A stretch of DNA of 62,510 bases, filler included, from Sphacelaria rigidula (Eukaryota), in assembly GCA_964200075.2 (NCBI GenBank). It is 10 parts of 10 records of this genome, joined end to end, with 100 filler letters (N's around TTAATTAATTAA, not from the genome) between each part and the next. Parts side by side here need not be neighbours in the genome. Positions count along the whole stretch, not along the records: positions 1 to 6,161 come from CAXNAA020021848.1; positions 6,262 to 12,422 come from CAXNAA020021849.1; positions 12,523 to 18,683 come from CAXNAA020021850.1; 7 more parts are not named here. One strand, written 5' to 3'. The notes under the pieces are model-generated. The model was given only the letters and a program-made list of their open reading frames with translations, searched no databases and was not told where the DNA came from. A program made the translations under genes and the position numbers. Each line of letters opens with the position of its first letter. The stretch's first letter is position 1. Below are positions 1-12,890 of this stretch, piece after piece.

Positions 1-370
1 GTTTCTGGCCATTTTTCGTACCTTTCTTAGGCAAAAAACGAGAAGGTATACCTTTTCTAGGCCATTGCCCTTTTTTAAAACACCAAAAGTATTTTTTTTA
101 GATATGTACAGAGGACGACAGGAACACACCCTGAGAAATAGCACAGCACGGAGGGTATTGTAGGAATATTTTTGACACGGCATGATACAACTGCACTTCG
201 TAGTTTTATTGAACAGCAGCACTGCTATACTGTACAGTACCTGTGCAGGAGTACACTAGAGGTAGTACATCCCTGACAGGCAAACGCACGCGCAATAATT
301 TAAGAACAAATGAACAGCAACAAGACCAAAAGGCGGGACAAAGCGGGACAAAACAAAACGAGCGCTCACC

Positions 371-861
371 TCTGGAAAATCCCCCGGGCGATTTGACTTG
401 CGAGTGCCCCGTGCTGTGTTGGTCAGCTTTTCGATGTCTTTCCTGTTTTGCTTGATGCTCTGGACCGTCCCCACCGCGCACTTGAACCGCTCAGCCACCA
501 TTTCTTGAGAGATCCCGTCGTCCAGCTCCGCGAAAACGGCCATCTTCTGCGCTACATAGAGCCGCGTACGCGGGGCAGCTCTGTCCGCTTTCTTTCCCTC
601 TCCACCTCTTTTTTGTTTGGATTCGCTTGCTGCGTTCGCTTGCGCTCTACGCTTTCCCACCGCAGCCTTTGAGGCAGCCCCAGCGGATCGCTTGGAAGCG
701 CACGTCGGGCAGATACGATAGAGTTCGCTCCCATCCACTTCCTCTTGTTCACCGCACACGCCATGATGCCGACCTCCACACCCTCCACGACATCCATGAT
801 CTTGACTAGGTCCGAGACTCTGGTTGGGGATCAGGCAGAGCTCTCCTGCTGCACAGGGCAT
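371..861 (-). CDS. First exon of a pogo/Tigger-like (Tc1/mariner superfamily) transposase with CENP-B-type N-terminal HTH; rest of the gene is off-contig
   Basis: RTRLYVAQKMAVFAELDDGISQEMVAERFKCAVGTVQSIKQNRKDIEK...RKSNRPGDFPE resembles the CENP-B/HTH_psq N-terminus. A GAG|GTGAGC donor lies at ~370 and a TIR-like end lies upstream. Confidence 0.75.
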
Positions 862-999
862 CGTACAGTAATCGTCTACAATCTACAGCTCCGTTGTGGA
901 TGATAGGGGTACAGTACAGCAGTATACTGTATTGCTGTACCTGCGGGGGAAACGTGAAACGTATGAACTGTGCGTGTTTTGCAGCCTTTGCAGCCGGGG

Positions 1000-1170
1000 A
1001 CCCGCACTATGTAGGTCTCACAATGGTCCAAATACGCACCGAACTGGACGGTGCCCCTTATAGTGCGGCACCCGCACTAAACCGTGTTCCGTCTGTGACG
1101 AGCGATTTCAGCCGCATTAAACGTGGCAGGCTCACTAAATAACCCGCACTATACAGGACCACCTACTGTA
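1000..1170 (-). mobile_element. 5' terminus (TIR + subterminal repeats) of the pogo-like element
   Basis: Minus strand reads TA|CAGTAGGTGGTCCTGTATAGTGCGGGTT (element edge 1168, TA 1169-1170), a Tigger-like CAGT start. CCCGCACTA motifs at ~1001, ~1060 (inverted), ~1071 and ~1143. Confidence 0.65.
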
Positions 1171-2309
1171 TCTATATTTTTGTCGATATTCGAAACGATA
1201 CGGCTGTTTTGGCACGGCCGTGGTGTACAAGACCGAGCAGTACACTGGCACACCGACACCCTCACTCACTATTGTTGGTCGCATAAGATCACATCCCCTA
1301 CACAAGTTTTAAAAGCTCACTTACTCCTCACCAGAAGCAATGTCAGGGCTGAACTGGGCGGCGTTTCAACCATCTTGTCGAGAGAAAGTAATAGAGTTTT
1401 GAAAATCGCTCCTGAGGCTGTGGTATCTTGAGCAACCTACGATAGTTCACAGTGGATAGCATTGGACACATGATCTACAGCAGCGGGTAGTGTGCAAATT
1501 GACATCATGGCAGCGGCGGCATGCGGTCATGCAGCTGTCTAATGAATATCTCCCGTCATCGTGCAAGAACCCGCCTGGATCCGGTTTTGAGGTTCAACAT
1601 TTGGGAGACATTGAGGTGGTCATCGAAATCTCATTCAAGTTATCCAATGGGCTCGGGGGTACGCGAGCATTTTCGGCCATGGCACTTGTGCCAGAAGCGT
1701 TTATACGGCAGCCCAAGCACGATGAGCAGGTCAAAAAAAGAAGAAAACGCTGTCTGGGCACGGTGTTGCTTCAACAGGACGTGCCTCCAAGCGCTACAGA
1801 ACACGTAACAGGGCGATGTCCCAGTCGCGCAACTGCCGCTGACGTAAGTACGGTACTGACCGTTCATCTACATGCATACTTTCGAAGTGAACGGCAGGGA
1901 AACTGTTGCAGCGAGGTACTCGCCTGCTGCGCCAAAGAGTATGATGGTAGAATGTCATGCTCTATGTGCTGCGCCGACACCAGCGTGAGCTACCGCACCT
2001 CCTCCTGTTGTAGCGTCTACAGCTCGTAAAGTGGTGGGTATATCTAAGCGCATAGATGATCGAAAGCAAACATGCTGAAAACAAACCTCTTTGGACTAGT
2101 CATCGAGCTTTCGAGCGCCTCTTGTTTAACATCTGAGAGAGACTTCATACTGTTGCGCCGGCGACGACCGCCGTCAGCGAAACTACGGACACGGCGGTCT
2201 TCGCCGAGCCATTTTTTATTTTTTCACAATCCGCAGACGAGGTACGTGGCAAACAGACCACTGTTGTTGTAGTACAGTCACTTCTCACCATTTTCGCAGC
2301 TTCGCGCAG

Positions 2310-2659
2310 TGTGTGTTGTGTGTGTTGTCGTCCCATCTATTGTGGGCGCCGGTCTACACCTTTTGGTATATGTGGGTCCACCAGCCGGGGTCACATGGTG
2401 GGAGGAAGGTCAACACAGGAGCTCTTTCTTTTTTATGTGTTTTTATCAATGCACCTTCCTCCTGCGGTGCTTGCCCTTATTTTTATCGCGAGAGGGGTTT
2501 AGCAGTCCCTTCGTGGTGTCGAATTTTGTGTACCCACAACATAGTCGCTCTCCGCTGTTCAGCAAGGTGTGAGCAAAACTCCCAGATCGCTCCGAGAATT
2601 GAACCGACGACCCAACCGTAGAAAGCTTTCGAGGTTACCACCCGAGCCACCAGGGCGAC
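2310..2659 (-). mobile_element. tRNA-derived SINE, family 1 (~350 bp)
   Basis: Minus-strand head GTCGCCCTGGTGGCTCGGGTGG (A box) ... GGTTCAATTCTC (B box); (CA/CAA)n tail; absent from the opposite arm of the inverted repeat; several copies in the window. Confidence 0.85.
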
Positions 2660-3915
2660 AGTTTTGTGTGTATATATATATATATATGCAGATGTGCTAT
2701 ATCACTTACTTGCAGCAGTGTTGGCCACTCCGTAGGAGGTGTGCGGGAGAGACACAGCTCCATCTATTGCACACAGTCGGAGCTCCCACCACCGGATTGG
2801 CGCGCCTGCTGCCTGCAACATCCTCTTGATAAAGTAGTACAGTTTTCTCAGGGTCGAACGCATGATGTTTCAAAAGATACCTCACCTCCAGGTCCCAAAG
2901 GGGGTCTGGACTGCCCAGGGAAAGTGCTGGCACACTCTTCCTCAGATATGATTTGTGACAACTGTAGGCTTATGATTAGCGCGCAGGGAGAGTCCTGAAG
3001 GGGCGGATGGTTTTGTTGGAAATCAGTCGTCGATACGGGTATAAACCTTTCACATCCTAAACAATACAAAATGGTTTCAAAATATATTAGGTGATCATAT
3101 TGGAAGTTTGCGATATGTTACCGGCCTAATACATATTGGTACCTTTGCAAGACACACATGATTCGCGCCCAATATAATATTATGTTGATGTCGTGGGACT
3201 GCATACATCTTGCTCGCCCAAGATACATTGGTACCGTGGGGTTGGACACATACTGTCTCATCAATATATTTTGGGGCAGCGTGGGCGACAGCATATTGCG
3301 CGACCAATTTATGTGGTTGCATTGGTGAGAACGTGCCGACCGGTCAATATATATTGGGTCTGCGTGGGTGCCAATGTGTTGGTCGGTCAAGATATATTGG
3401 ATATTGTACGTATGACGTTCGTTGTGAGAAAGATCCAGGCGCGGTTGATGCCAGAGCCCGTGCAGATTGGGAAAATCTTCAAAGAGAGCCGTAAACGTTC
3501 GCGTACATTACTACGGGAAATTGCCGAATGCGTTTGATATTATATATCGTATATACTTGTAAACAAATAGCTATATTATGGTGACGGAAGAGGCGACCCG
3601 GTATATATGCCTCGTGATACCTATCTAGCCACCGGTGCGGGGCCACTAATCCCCTTCACAGCATGTAATATATCTTGGCTAAACATCACGATGACAGGAA
3701 CCACGGGTAGATATGCGCCTCTTGGTACCCCCTGTGGTCACCGGGGCTGTATTTCTTTTACCTTGGACAATACAATATGTTCCAATATGATACCAATACT
3801 TTGTATTGGAGCCAGCGAAAATATTGTCATTTCAATATATATTATGTTGAGATCTCCTCGGAGACATTGAAGCAACAACATATATTTCTCGTGTCATGAT
3901 CATGAAGCTATGCAT

Positions 3916-4273
3916 GTGTTGTGTGTGTTGTCATCCCATCTATTCTAGACGCCGGTCTACACCTTTCGGTATATGTGGGCGCACCAGCTAGAGTCACACA
4001 GGAGGAAGGTCAACACGGGAGCTTTTTTCTCTTTTATTTGTTTTTAGTACCCCATCTTCCTTCTGCAGTGCTTGCCTTTGTTTTTATCGCGAGAGGGTTC
4101 AGCAGTCCCTTTCCCTCGTCGACCGTTCAGTCGAATCATGTGCACCCACTACGTAGTCGCTCATCACTGTTGGGCATGGTGTGAGAAAAAATCCCAGATC
4201 GCTCCGAAATTTGAACCCAAGACCCAACCGTCAAAAGCTTTCGAGGTGAGGTTACCAACCGAGCCACCGGGTC
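3916..4273 (-). mobile_element. SINE family 1 copy
   Basis: Colinear with 2310-2659 (GCCGGTCTACACCTTTCGGTATATGTGGGCGC ... GAACCCAAGACCCAACCGTC). Confidence 0.85.
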
Positions 4274-6297
4274 AACGGGCCAATGCATGACAACCGATAT
4301 TGGACATGCATTTGCTCGGGGAATAAAACATCCAATATATATTGTGCATGCCGGCCGTGCATGTATTGAAGTGTCAATATGTATTGAGTCGAAGCGATGC
4401 GCAATATATTGTTACCATAATATATATATTGAACGCAAAGCATGCAGAAATATATATGTATATATATATATCATATATATATATATATTGCGCACGCTCA
4501 TCGCATAGCTATTGCGCAGCCAATATATACTGAATATGCTCGCCGAGGAATATATTGAGCGTTTTCGGCATGTGGTTATACATGATTCAGTGGCGCCCGC
4601 GAACATAAAACTGCCCACCGTACATATTCTAATACACTTTCCGATCTACATGTTGAAAGTACAAAAATACTGCTGCACCAACATGTAGTGTGACCGCCGG
4701 TTCCCTCGTGTATTGTCCGCCTGATATATTGTGGACGCATTGACGCACGACATATTGGGGCGGCAATATATATTGGCGCTTCGGGTGTTGAGTATATTGA
4801 ATAATCAATATATATATATATATATATTGACCTCGTATGGCAGCCAATGTATTACTCGACAAATATGTACTGGTGCCTTTTCTCTCCAACATATTACTCG
4901 GCCAATTGAAATTGAGGTGGCGCGTGTCGTGATATCTTGCTCGGCCGAGATATGCTGCACGTCGCAAGCCTTGACATTTTGATGGCACAATATATATTGA
5001 CCCTCTCTCGTGCCATCATATTGCTCACCCAATATATATATTGACCACCCGACGCGTCTTCATATTGAGCGGGCAATATATACTACATATTGTATCGTCC
5101 AGGGTGTGAAACCGTTCAAGCAAGAACATTCCGATTCTGAACAGGAAACGATGTACTACAGTATCCCTGAATACTATTCTACATGTTCAATTTGGAGCGA
5201 TGTTTCCCAAATACCCCCACAGTTGCCACAAATTATATCTGAGGAAGAGTGTGCCAGCACTTTCCCTGGGTCGTCCAGACCCCCTTTGGGACCTAGAGGT
5301 GAGGTACCTTTCGAAAAACCATACGTTCGACCCTGAACATACTGTACTACATTATCAGGAGGGTGTTGCAGGCAGAAGGCTCGCCAACCCGGTGGTGGGA
5401 GTTGCGACCGTGCGCAACAGATTGCGCCGTGTCTCTCCCGCACACCTCTTACGGGGTGACCAACACCACTGCAAGTCAGTGATAGAGCACACCTGCATAC
5501 ATATAAACAACTATCCGGAGCTGCGAAAATTGTGGGAAGTGACTGCACTACAACAGTGGTTCGTTACCTACGGACCTCGTCTGCGGATTGTGAAAAAATA
5601 AAAAAATGGCTCGGCGAAGACCGCCGTGTCCGTAGTTTCGCTGACGGCGGTCGTCGCCGGCGCAACAGTATGAAGTCTCTCTCAGATGCTAAGCAAGAGG
5701 CGCTCGAAAGCTCGATGACTAGTCCAAAGAGGTTTGTTTTCAGCATGTTTGCTTTCGATCTATGCGCTTAGATATACCCACCGCTTTACGAACTGTAGAC
5801 GCTACAACAGGAGGAGGTGCGGTAGCTCACGCTGGTGTCGGCGCAGCACGAACAGTATGACATTCTACCATCATACTCTTTGGCGCAGCAGGCGAGTACC
5901 TCGCTGCAAACGTTTCCCTGCCGTTCACTTCGAAAGTATGCATGTAGATGAACGGCCAGCACCGTACTTACGCCAGCGGCAGTTGCGCGACTGGGACATC
6001 GCCCTGTTACGTGTTCTGTAGCGGAGGCACGTCCTGTTGAAGCAACACCGTGCCCAGACGGCGTTTTTTCGTTTTTTGACCTGCTCATCTCCTCCGTTCC
6101 CCGTCCTCCGACGAAGGCCATGACCGGTCTTGTCGGTACGGCGTGGGGAGGGTCTTTTCGGNNNNNNNNNNNNNNNNNNNNNNNNNNNNNNNNNNNNNNN
6201 NNNNNTTAATTAATTAANNNNNNNNNNNNNNNNNNNNNNNNNNNNNNNNNNNNNNNNNNNNCCCCTTGTCCCCCCCCCCCCCCTAGAAAAGCTCCTC

Positions 6298-8285
6298 TTG
6301 TTATGGGGGGGCCCCGTGTTTTCCCCCACAAGGGGGAAGTGGGGGGGGGGGGGGGGGCAGGGAGGGCAGGAGACAGGGGAAGTAGAGACGACGGATCCGG
6401 AAGGGGATGATGAGGTAAAGTCGAGTGGGCCGGAAGGGCATGATGATGTAGAGTCGATTAGGCCAGGAGAGCAGGAAGTAGAGGCGGAGGCACCCCCTTC
6501 AGCCGCTCGTCGTATGCGCCATGTCGCTGAGCTTGCTGATTTTGATACTTCTGCGCGTGAGAATGATGAAGTAAGAAAAGGTAGAACTCGTGCGCAAACC
6601 CGTGCAGTTAATCAGCAGAGCGTGCCTGGCCTTGTGGCCACCCTAGGACCCATGTCCGCATCAGAGATAATGTATGCACTCTTAACGGAACAGAGAGCAG
6701 GTATCGCCGAGGAGTTGCCGAAAGAACTCGTTCAGAATGTTGAGTCAGAGCCTAATAGCTATCAAGAAGCCCGGCAATCGAAGCACGCAAAGATTTGGGA
6801 TGGAGCTATGTCTGCAGAAGTTGAAGGCTTGATAAGAGCAGGAAAGTTCACGTTAGCAGTAAAGATCCCAGTAGGCTGTAATATTATTGATGCTAGATGG
6901 GTTTTCAAATAGAAGGCAGACGAAACACGGGAGATGGTGAAGGCCAAGGCTTGTAGCGAAGGGCTTCAAGCAGAAGTATGGTGTGGACTATCTTGAGACT
7001 CGCCTACTGCAAATGCTGCATCGATGCGATTGCTAGCAGCGTTGGCGTGCAAGTACAACTTGGAATTACTCCACTGAGATATTGAGCAAGCGTTTGTTCA
7101 GTCGGAATTGGATCACGAGGTGTTCATGAAGTTGCCTCCTGGCTGCGGTTTGATGTCAGGAAAGGTTGTCCGTTTGAACTAGAGTTTGTGCGGATTGAAA
7201 CAGGCATCTAGAACATTTTACAAGAGGCTAGTGTCGGACCCGGAAAGGATTGGTTTCGAGCAGTCTCTGTCTGACCCCTGTGCCCTGCGTTTCATGATGG
7301 GAGACCAGGTGGTGGGTATGGTCGCGATTCACGTGGATGACATTCTGTATGCAGGAACTAGGAGTCTTTCCAAGGTGGTAGTGAAATCGCTAGGTGACTC
7401 TCTTCCTACGAAGAATTTGGGTGAGGTCAAGTTCTTTCTTGGTTGCGCATTTATTCGCGACCGTGAGGCTGGCACGATTAAGATTTGTCAAGAAAGTTAC
7501 ATCAGAAGTGTTCTCGAGAGGTTTAATATTTGTCGCACCAGCTCGATCCCTGCTTCCCTTGCCAACGATAACAGGTCCTTGATGAGGGATGAGAGAGCAG
7601 GAGATGTGCCGTTCCGAGAGGTGGTGGGGAGCCTGATGTGGATCGCCAACCAGATAAGGCCCGACATCTCGAATGCTGTGCGGGCGGTGGCGAGGCACTC
7701 TCACGAGCCAAAGAAGAGTCACTGGAAGGCAGACCAGAAGATTCCGAGTTAACTTCTGGAAACGACGCATCTAACTCTAAAGTTCAGGCAGGACAGTACG
7801 GTAGATGTAGGCACGTTGTTGTACGTAGATGCCGGCTTTGCAGGCACGGCCACTGACCGTAGATCCGTTTCGAGAGCGTTGATTTTTGTGGCTGCCATGC
7901 TTGGAGTTTCGATTTCTAGGACGCAGAAATGCGTTTCACAGTCGACTTCTGAAGCAGAGTATCTTGCGATGGGTGATGGTGTGAAGGAGGCTCTGTGAAC
8001 GGAATGCTTCAGTTCTTGAGGCCTGGTATGAAGCCTCGTAAGATTGAGATCCTTGAGGACAACGAAGGTGCGATTGCGCTTGCAGAGAATCCGCTTAGCT
8101 CGTGCAGGAGTAAACACATTGACGTGAGGCACCACTCTCTTAGGAATTTGACCGAGGAGGGTGTGATCGAGATCACGCATGTTCCCAGCGAAGAACAGCA
8201 TGAGGACATCCTCACGAAGGCTCTGCCGAGAGATCGTTTTGAAGTTCACCGTGATTTTGCCCTTGGCTCGAGAAATGAGCAGTAG
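6298..8285 (+). pseudogene. Ty1/Copia pol (RT + RNase H), decayed
   Basis: Motifs EPNSYQEA, ARWVFK, KGFKQKYGVDY, DIEQAFVQSEL, GLKQASR, HVDDIL, RPDI, QKCVSQSTSEAEY, EDNEGAI, SKHIDVRHH, DILTKAL, with several stops and frameshifts. Confidence 0.95.
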
Positions 8286-8346
8286 AAGTCTGCGTCGTGA
8301 TTTGTTCTCTTTGATTCATATTTGGTCTGGTAGATGCAACAGCCCC

Positions 8347-8813
8347 AAGGGAGGGTGTTCGTGATAGCGGCTGTAGTATCGATTGATTTGCGTAGAACAT
8401 CTGATTGGACGATTTGAATAACGGAACTGTCGATCTATAAGTTGCTGAGCTGCCACATCATTGAGAATTGCGAGGAACGTTCGCGGTCCTTTCTGTAGCT
8501 TATGTAGGAGTGCTCTTTGTGGATACTGCATTAGTCCGGGCATGGTATTTGTGGTGTGGGGAACAACCCGAAGTTTTGTGGTACGTAAGGAAGTGCGTTG
8601 GTCCGAGTTCCGTTGCTGGAACCATGTAGAACGTTGCTGAGGTTCCGGAACGTTTCCGGAACTTGTGTTTAGTTCTTTGGTTTCCAGAGTTTCTTGTTTG
8701 TAGATGACATGAGCTCACCTACTGTGCTCACTCCACTTTCCCGGCCCGTCTCTCCGGATCAAGGTCTCGATAATACAATATCTTTTTCTCCAGAAGTCAC
8801 GAGGTTACCAACA
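8347..8813 (+). mobile_element. Polypurine tract and probable 3' LTR of the Copia element (LTR ~8356-8813)
   Basis: AAGGGAGGG is followed immediately by TGTT at 8356, with a candidate AACA end at 8813. The second LTR is not in the contig, so the right boundary is inferred. Confidence 0.6.
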
Positions 8814-9009
8814 ACTCTGAACAGACCTGCAGTCTTAGAATACCCGACATGCAATATAAACCCGGACTTATGAACGGGTCTGAGGTGGCCTGACAACAGG
8901 CTAGTATGCGTCCTTATGACACTAACCCACCCAGACAAACCTTTAATACAGCTGCGAGGATTTATCCTAAAAGCAGCGAAGACGAACGTATTTTTTACTA
9001 GTGAAGTCA

Positions 9010-12000
9010 TGAACGGACGGTATGGTCGAGAAGAGATCGACGAGACGCCGGGTTGGAGGGTAACCCCACAGGGCCGCGTTTTGCAATGCCCAAGATCCGT
9101 CTTGGATCGGGAAAATCGGTCTTGGTACTGTGTAGCAGAACATGACTGAGTTCTCGGATGTCTGCCGGTTCCCAGCCGGGCCCATGAAGGTCAAACTTGA
9201 TGTCGCACATGTATGGCGGCAGTTGGTGCCACATTTGCAAGAAACTATGCCGAGAATCTGGTGATGAGCGTTGAAGTACTTCAGCAGGAGGACCGGAAAT
9301 TGACTGGGCAGGATCCACGGCGTGCACCTGGGGTGGAGTCGCAGAGGCGAGGTTGAAATAAGGTTCATCGACACAATAGACTGACTCCGTCAGAGATGTT
9401 GCGTTCGGCGCGGCAGGCTCTGTTACGCACGTCTCGAGTAGAATGTGCATCAGGGGAGCAGCGGTGATTCCTAAAATATCGCCAGGTTCCAAGTTAGCAT
9501 GAGCCGTAAGAGGGAGGAGTTGTTGTCCCGCCGAGACAAAATGTTTTGTGTCGGTTGGTGCGCCAATACGGGGTAACATTTCGGCAAGATAATGAACCGT
9601 AAGTGTTGGCATGCCATTTCGGCGAACTAGTGCAACTTCTAAAAGTTGAGGATCGTCGGAGAGTGTAATACCAACGCTACCGTTGTATCGTAGGTGGTAA
9701 GCAGCTCCGGCTGCTTGAGTATTATTTTGGTAGACCAGGGCGCCGTGTAGTGTATCAAAGTGTTCAAGGCTGAATTCTCCCCGAGACGTGAAATATGGCG
9801 ATGGTGGTGGAAGCGTGCGGCAGGTTTGTTTAAACCGCATATAGCTATATCTACCCAATAATGTGGCGTGGTGCATTGTGCTGTCGGGGACAATGTATGC
9901 CCAGACTGTCAGGCTGGCAGAACGAGTGGTATTGTGAAAGAATTGCACACTGAGACGTACAGATTTTCGTGTCGTCAGGGGTGCGGCAGAATTACCGAAA
10001 CCGCCCCATACTCGAGGTTGGGTGGTGATTTCGCAAGCTGCAGTAGCAGCGCCAGTCTATTTTATGTGTGTCCATGTTGATTCTCGAATAAATGTTTGCG
10101 GGCTGCCGCTGTCAAACAAGGACACGCATTTCGTAGGCGTGGTAGCGTTTACACCAGGGTGGATCGCAACGCGTGTAGTGAAGGTGGCCGGATCCACAGA
10201 CTCTTTACCGCCGACAAGATCCGGACCGTGTTCCAGCAAGGTAAATTGGTCAGGATCAGCGGGGCTGACAGCAAAAACGGACGGTGGGTGATCCGCCGGT
10301 GGCTTAGATTTTTCACCGGAGAATGGGGTGGGCGGTACATTATTTCCAGGCGTGGCACGGTCAGAGTGACCGGTAGCGATTTCGTAAATGATCGGCTTTG
10401 ATTGACAGGGATCGTCGTCCGAGGGGGATCCAGATTGTGCGGGGCTGCAGTCGTCGATTGAAGAAATAGTGCCGTCAGAAATGTTTCGTTTGGTTTTTTC
10501 CGTGATACTTGATAGAGCCGTCGAACTCAAAGTCGTCGCATTTTGGAGAGATTGAGGTCGAGAATTTCCGCTCGAAAGAGGTGTACGTGATGATGCACGC
10601 GCGTCCTCGAGGGCATGCTTACGGGGCTCTCGTTTTCGCCGTGACAATCGTCGGGGAACTTCCCAAACATTTTGGAATGATACCAGAAGTACCTCGAGTC
10701 GGGTGGATGAGGTCAGCATCGGGGCATATCGGAGCGAAACTTGTGGGCTGCTTTCCGCAGGCGAGCTTGGCTAGGGGGTCATAGCCGAAGGCATGTTGGG
10801 GTGGTTGTTATTAGAACGGCCGAAGGTTGTTCCGTGCGTGTTGAAAATCGCGGGGAAATAGCTCGTTCCAACTGATTGGGAATCACATGATCCGATGTGG
10901 TCAAGTTCAAATCAGCAACATTTGAGTCAGCTGAAAAAGGCTTGCTACTACCTGTGCGTGCGGTCGCTGAGGGAACCCTTTGCCTCAGGAACTGGCGGTT
11001 GATCCTCCCACACCTCAGACTTATACTCGGCACTAAAGGACCAGTTCAGGGCCGGGTGTAGGTTTGAGTCGCGGGTTGACACAACTGTTGCGCGGTGTGT
11101 GGAGGGGTGAAGGCGGGGGTCGACATGAACTGCCATCAGTTGCGCTCCTCCATAGTGCCGGGGGAGCCGGGTGAAAACTCTTAGTCGCGGGCTCTGCGGG
11201 CTGTGTTGAAAAGTGTGTGGAGGTTGGAGACGGGGGTCGATTAGAGCGGCCGTCAGTGACGCTCCTGGATGATGCCGGGGGAGCTCGGTGAACAATCTTT
11301 TTCACGGACTCCGCGGGCTGTGTTGAAAAAATCTTCGCTAATGCTGTTGGCGGCGCCGGAGACCGTAGGACGCGTTGGCACGTCATCGATCTCTGCGATC
11401 TGCAGTGAAGGTACCAGGGTTTCTGGTGTTGAGGTTCGAGTTGTGTGTCGGGCCCGTCCGTTTGTGTCTCTCGGCGGATCGTTTGTTGTCACCAGAATTA
11501 TGATCGTTCTGACGAGGGTTTGCATTTTTGTTCTTTTGTCGGCGACCGCAATTAAAGCGATCGTTGCCTCGTTGATTCGAATTATAACGATAATTTCGAT
11601 TTGGTGGGCGGTAGTCGCGCATGCTTTTTTGCCATCGGCGCCGCGCGGTTTCATTGTCCTGCAATCCAGGGTTCATGAGATCAAAGGCATTGATGCATGG
11701 ACTGTCACAGTCACGCATACTATGGCCTTGAACAGTACAGTTGATGCAACTGTTGGCGTGACTGCTAAAGGAGTTGCGTCTAGCAGGAGACAAAAGAAGT
11801 GGGTTTCACAAAATGAGGATCATCTGCATAAATGCCGTTGTTGAAGTCAAATAGACATCATCCCAAGTTTCTTCGGAGAACGGCCAACCATCAAAACTCG
11901 CACTAAACGCATCTCTGTCACTCTGAACATGCATAGTTGAACCGACGACCGAGTCAGGGGTCCATGAAGGGCGAGATGAACTCGAATTCCTGCCGCGAGA

Positions 12001-12422
12001 CCCTTGGGCATTAGCGGAGGACACAACCGTGGGCTGTGAACGCAGAGGCGTAGTAGGTTTGCCACGTATGGCGGGTGTTAGATTAGCCTCTTGGTGTACA
12101 AAAGCAGATCACATAGCATCAACGGAGGCGTGAGGCACATCGCGATGCGCCAAGACACCCGGGAACAACGACGGCATCAGAGCTGGATACTGTTGAGTAA
12201 CGCTATTGCGAACGTAAGTCTGACACATTGCGTCGCTCGGTCCGTTTTGGCGCCCGACAACCGTAGTACCGGAGACTAAAAGCTTATGTTTGCGAAGGTA
12301 ATCCGCGAAGGGGACCTCCGATGCGACAGCGAAAGGGCTCAGCCTCTGGACAGCACTAGTAACAGTGTTTTCGTAAGATTGAGAGTAGATGATACGATTG
12401 AGAGTGGCTTTGATCATTCGCT
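9010..12422 (-). pseudogene. Ty3/Gypsy gag-protease and start of pol, decayed
   Basis: Gag-like ORF 12109..12417; zinc knuckle CINCTVQGHSMRDC; protease LFDSGSPQTFI and LLGRYSY; pre-RT linker FSRSKTDLGHC...SRPYR in a shifted frame; stops and frameshifts. Confidence 0.88.
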
Positions 12423-12679
12423 NNNNNNNNNNNNNNNNNNNNNNNNNNNNNNNNNNNNNNNNNNNNTTAATTAATTAANNNNNNNNNNNNNNNNNNNNNN
12501 NNNNNNNNNNNNNNNNNNNNNNCCCGGGGAGCGGTGGATTCTCATTTCAAAATACGTTCTCATTTTTCTGGCAACCCTGGTATATCAAAGATGAAATTCC
12601 TCCCCTACAAACCCATGTGTCTTTCCTCGCAACGCAACAAAAAAATTGAATTTTTGGGAAAAACATTTCACACTATCAT

Positions 12680-12890
12680 GCCATGGGTACACAAACTCTG
12701 CCCCAACGGTCAACGACGTGCGGACCCCCAGCAGGGGAAGGGAGTGCGCTCAACTTCCCTCGCAATAAAAAAATATATTTACGCAAGTATCCCAGGAGGT
12801 GGAGTACCAAAGAAAAACAGGGAACAAAAACAAATCCTGTGTTGACCCTCCCCCTGTCAGACTCCGGCTGGTGCACCCTCATGTACCGTT
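12680..12890 (+). mobile_element. Diverged partial SINE family 1 relative (3' half)
   Basis: TCCTGTGTTGACCCTCCCCCTGTCAGACTCCGGCTGGTGCACCCTCATGTACCG matches the reverse complement of the SINE body. Confidence 0.55.

Larger units (their letters stand above)
1721..6089. repeat. Large inverted repeat: left arm 1721-2965 (interrupted by a SINE), right arm 5219-6089
   Basis: Near-identical ORFs on opposite strands (2072..2272+ vs 5564..5746-; 1490..2029+ vs 5786..6121-; 2706..2933- vs 5200..5601+). Confidence 0.92.

Noticed and set aside
2575..2659. tRNA genes at the SINE heads (also ~28350-28430)
   Set aside because: A/B boxes are present, but I could not fold a convincing cloverleaf and they are attached to repeated SINE bodies.
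2900..3069. Helitron-like Cys motif (CLGCER...CHKSYLRKSVPALSL)
   Set aside because: Needs a frameshift, the first half is absent from the second copy, and no Rep/helicase motifs were found.
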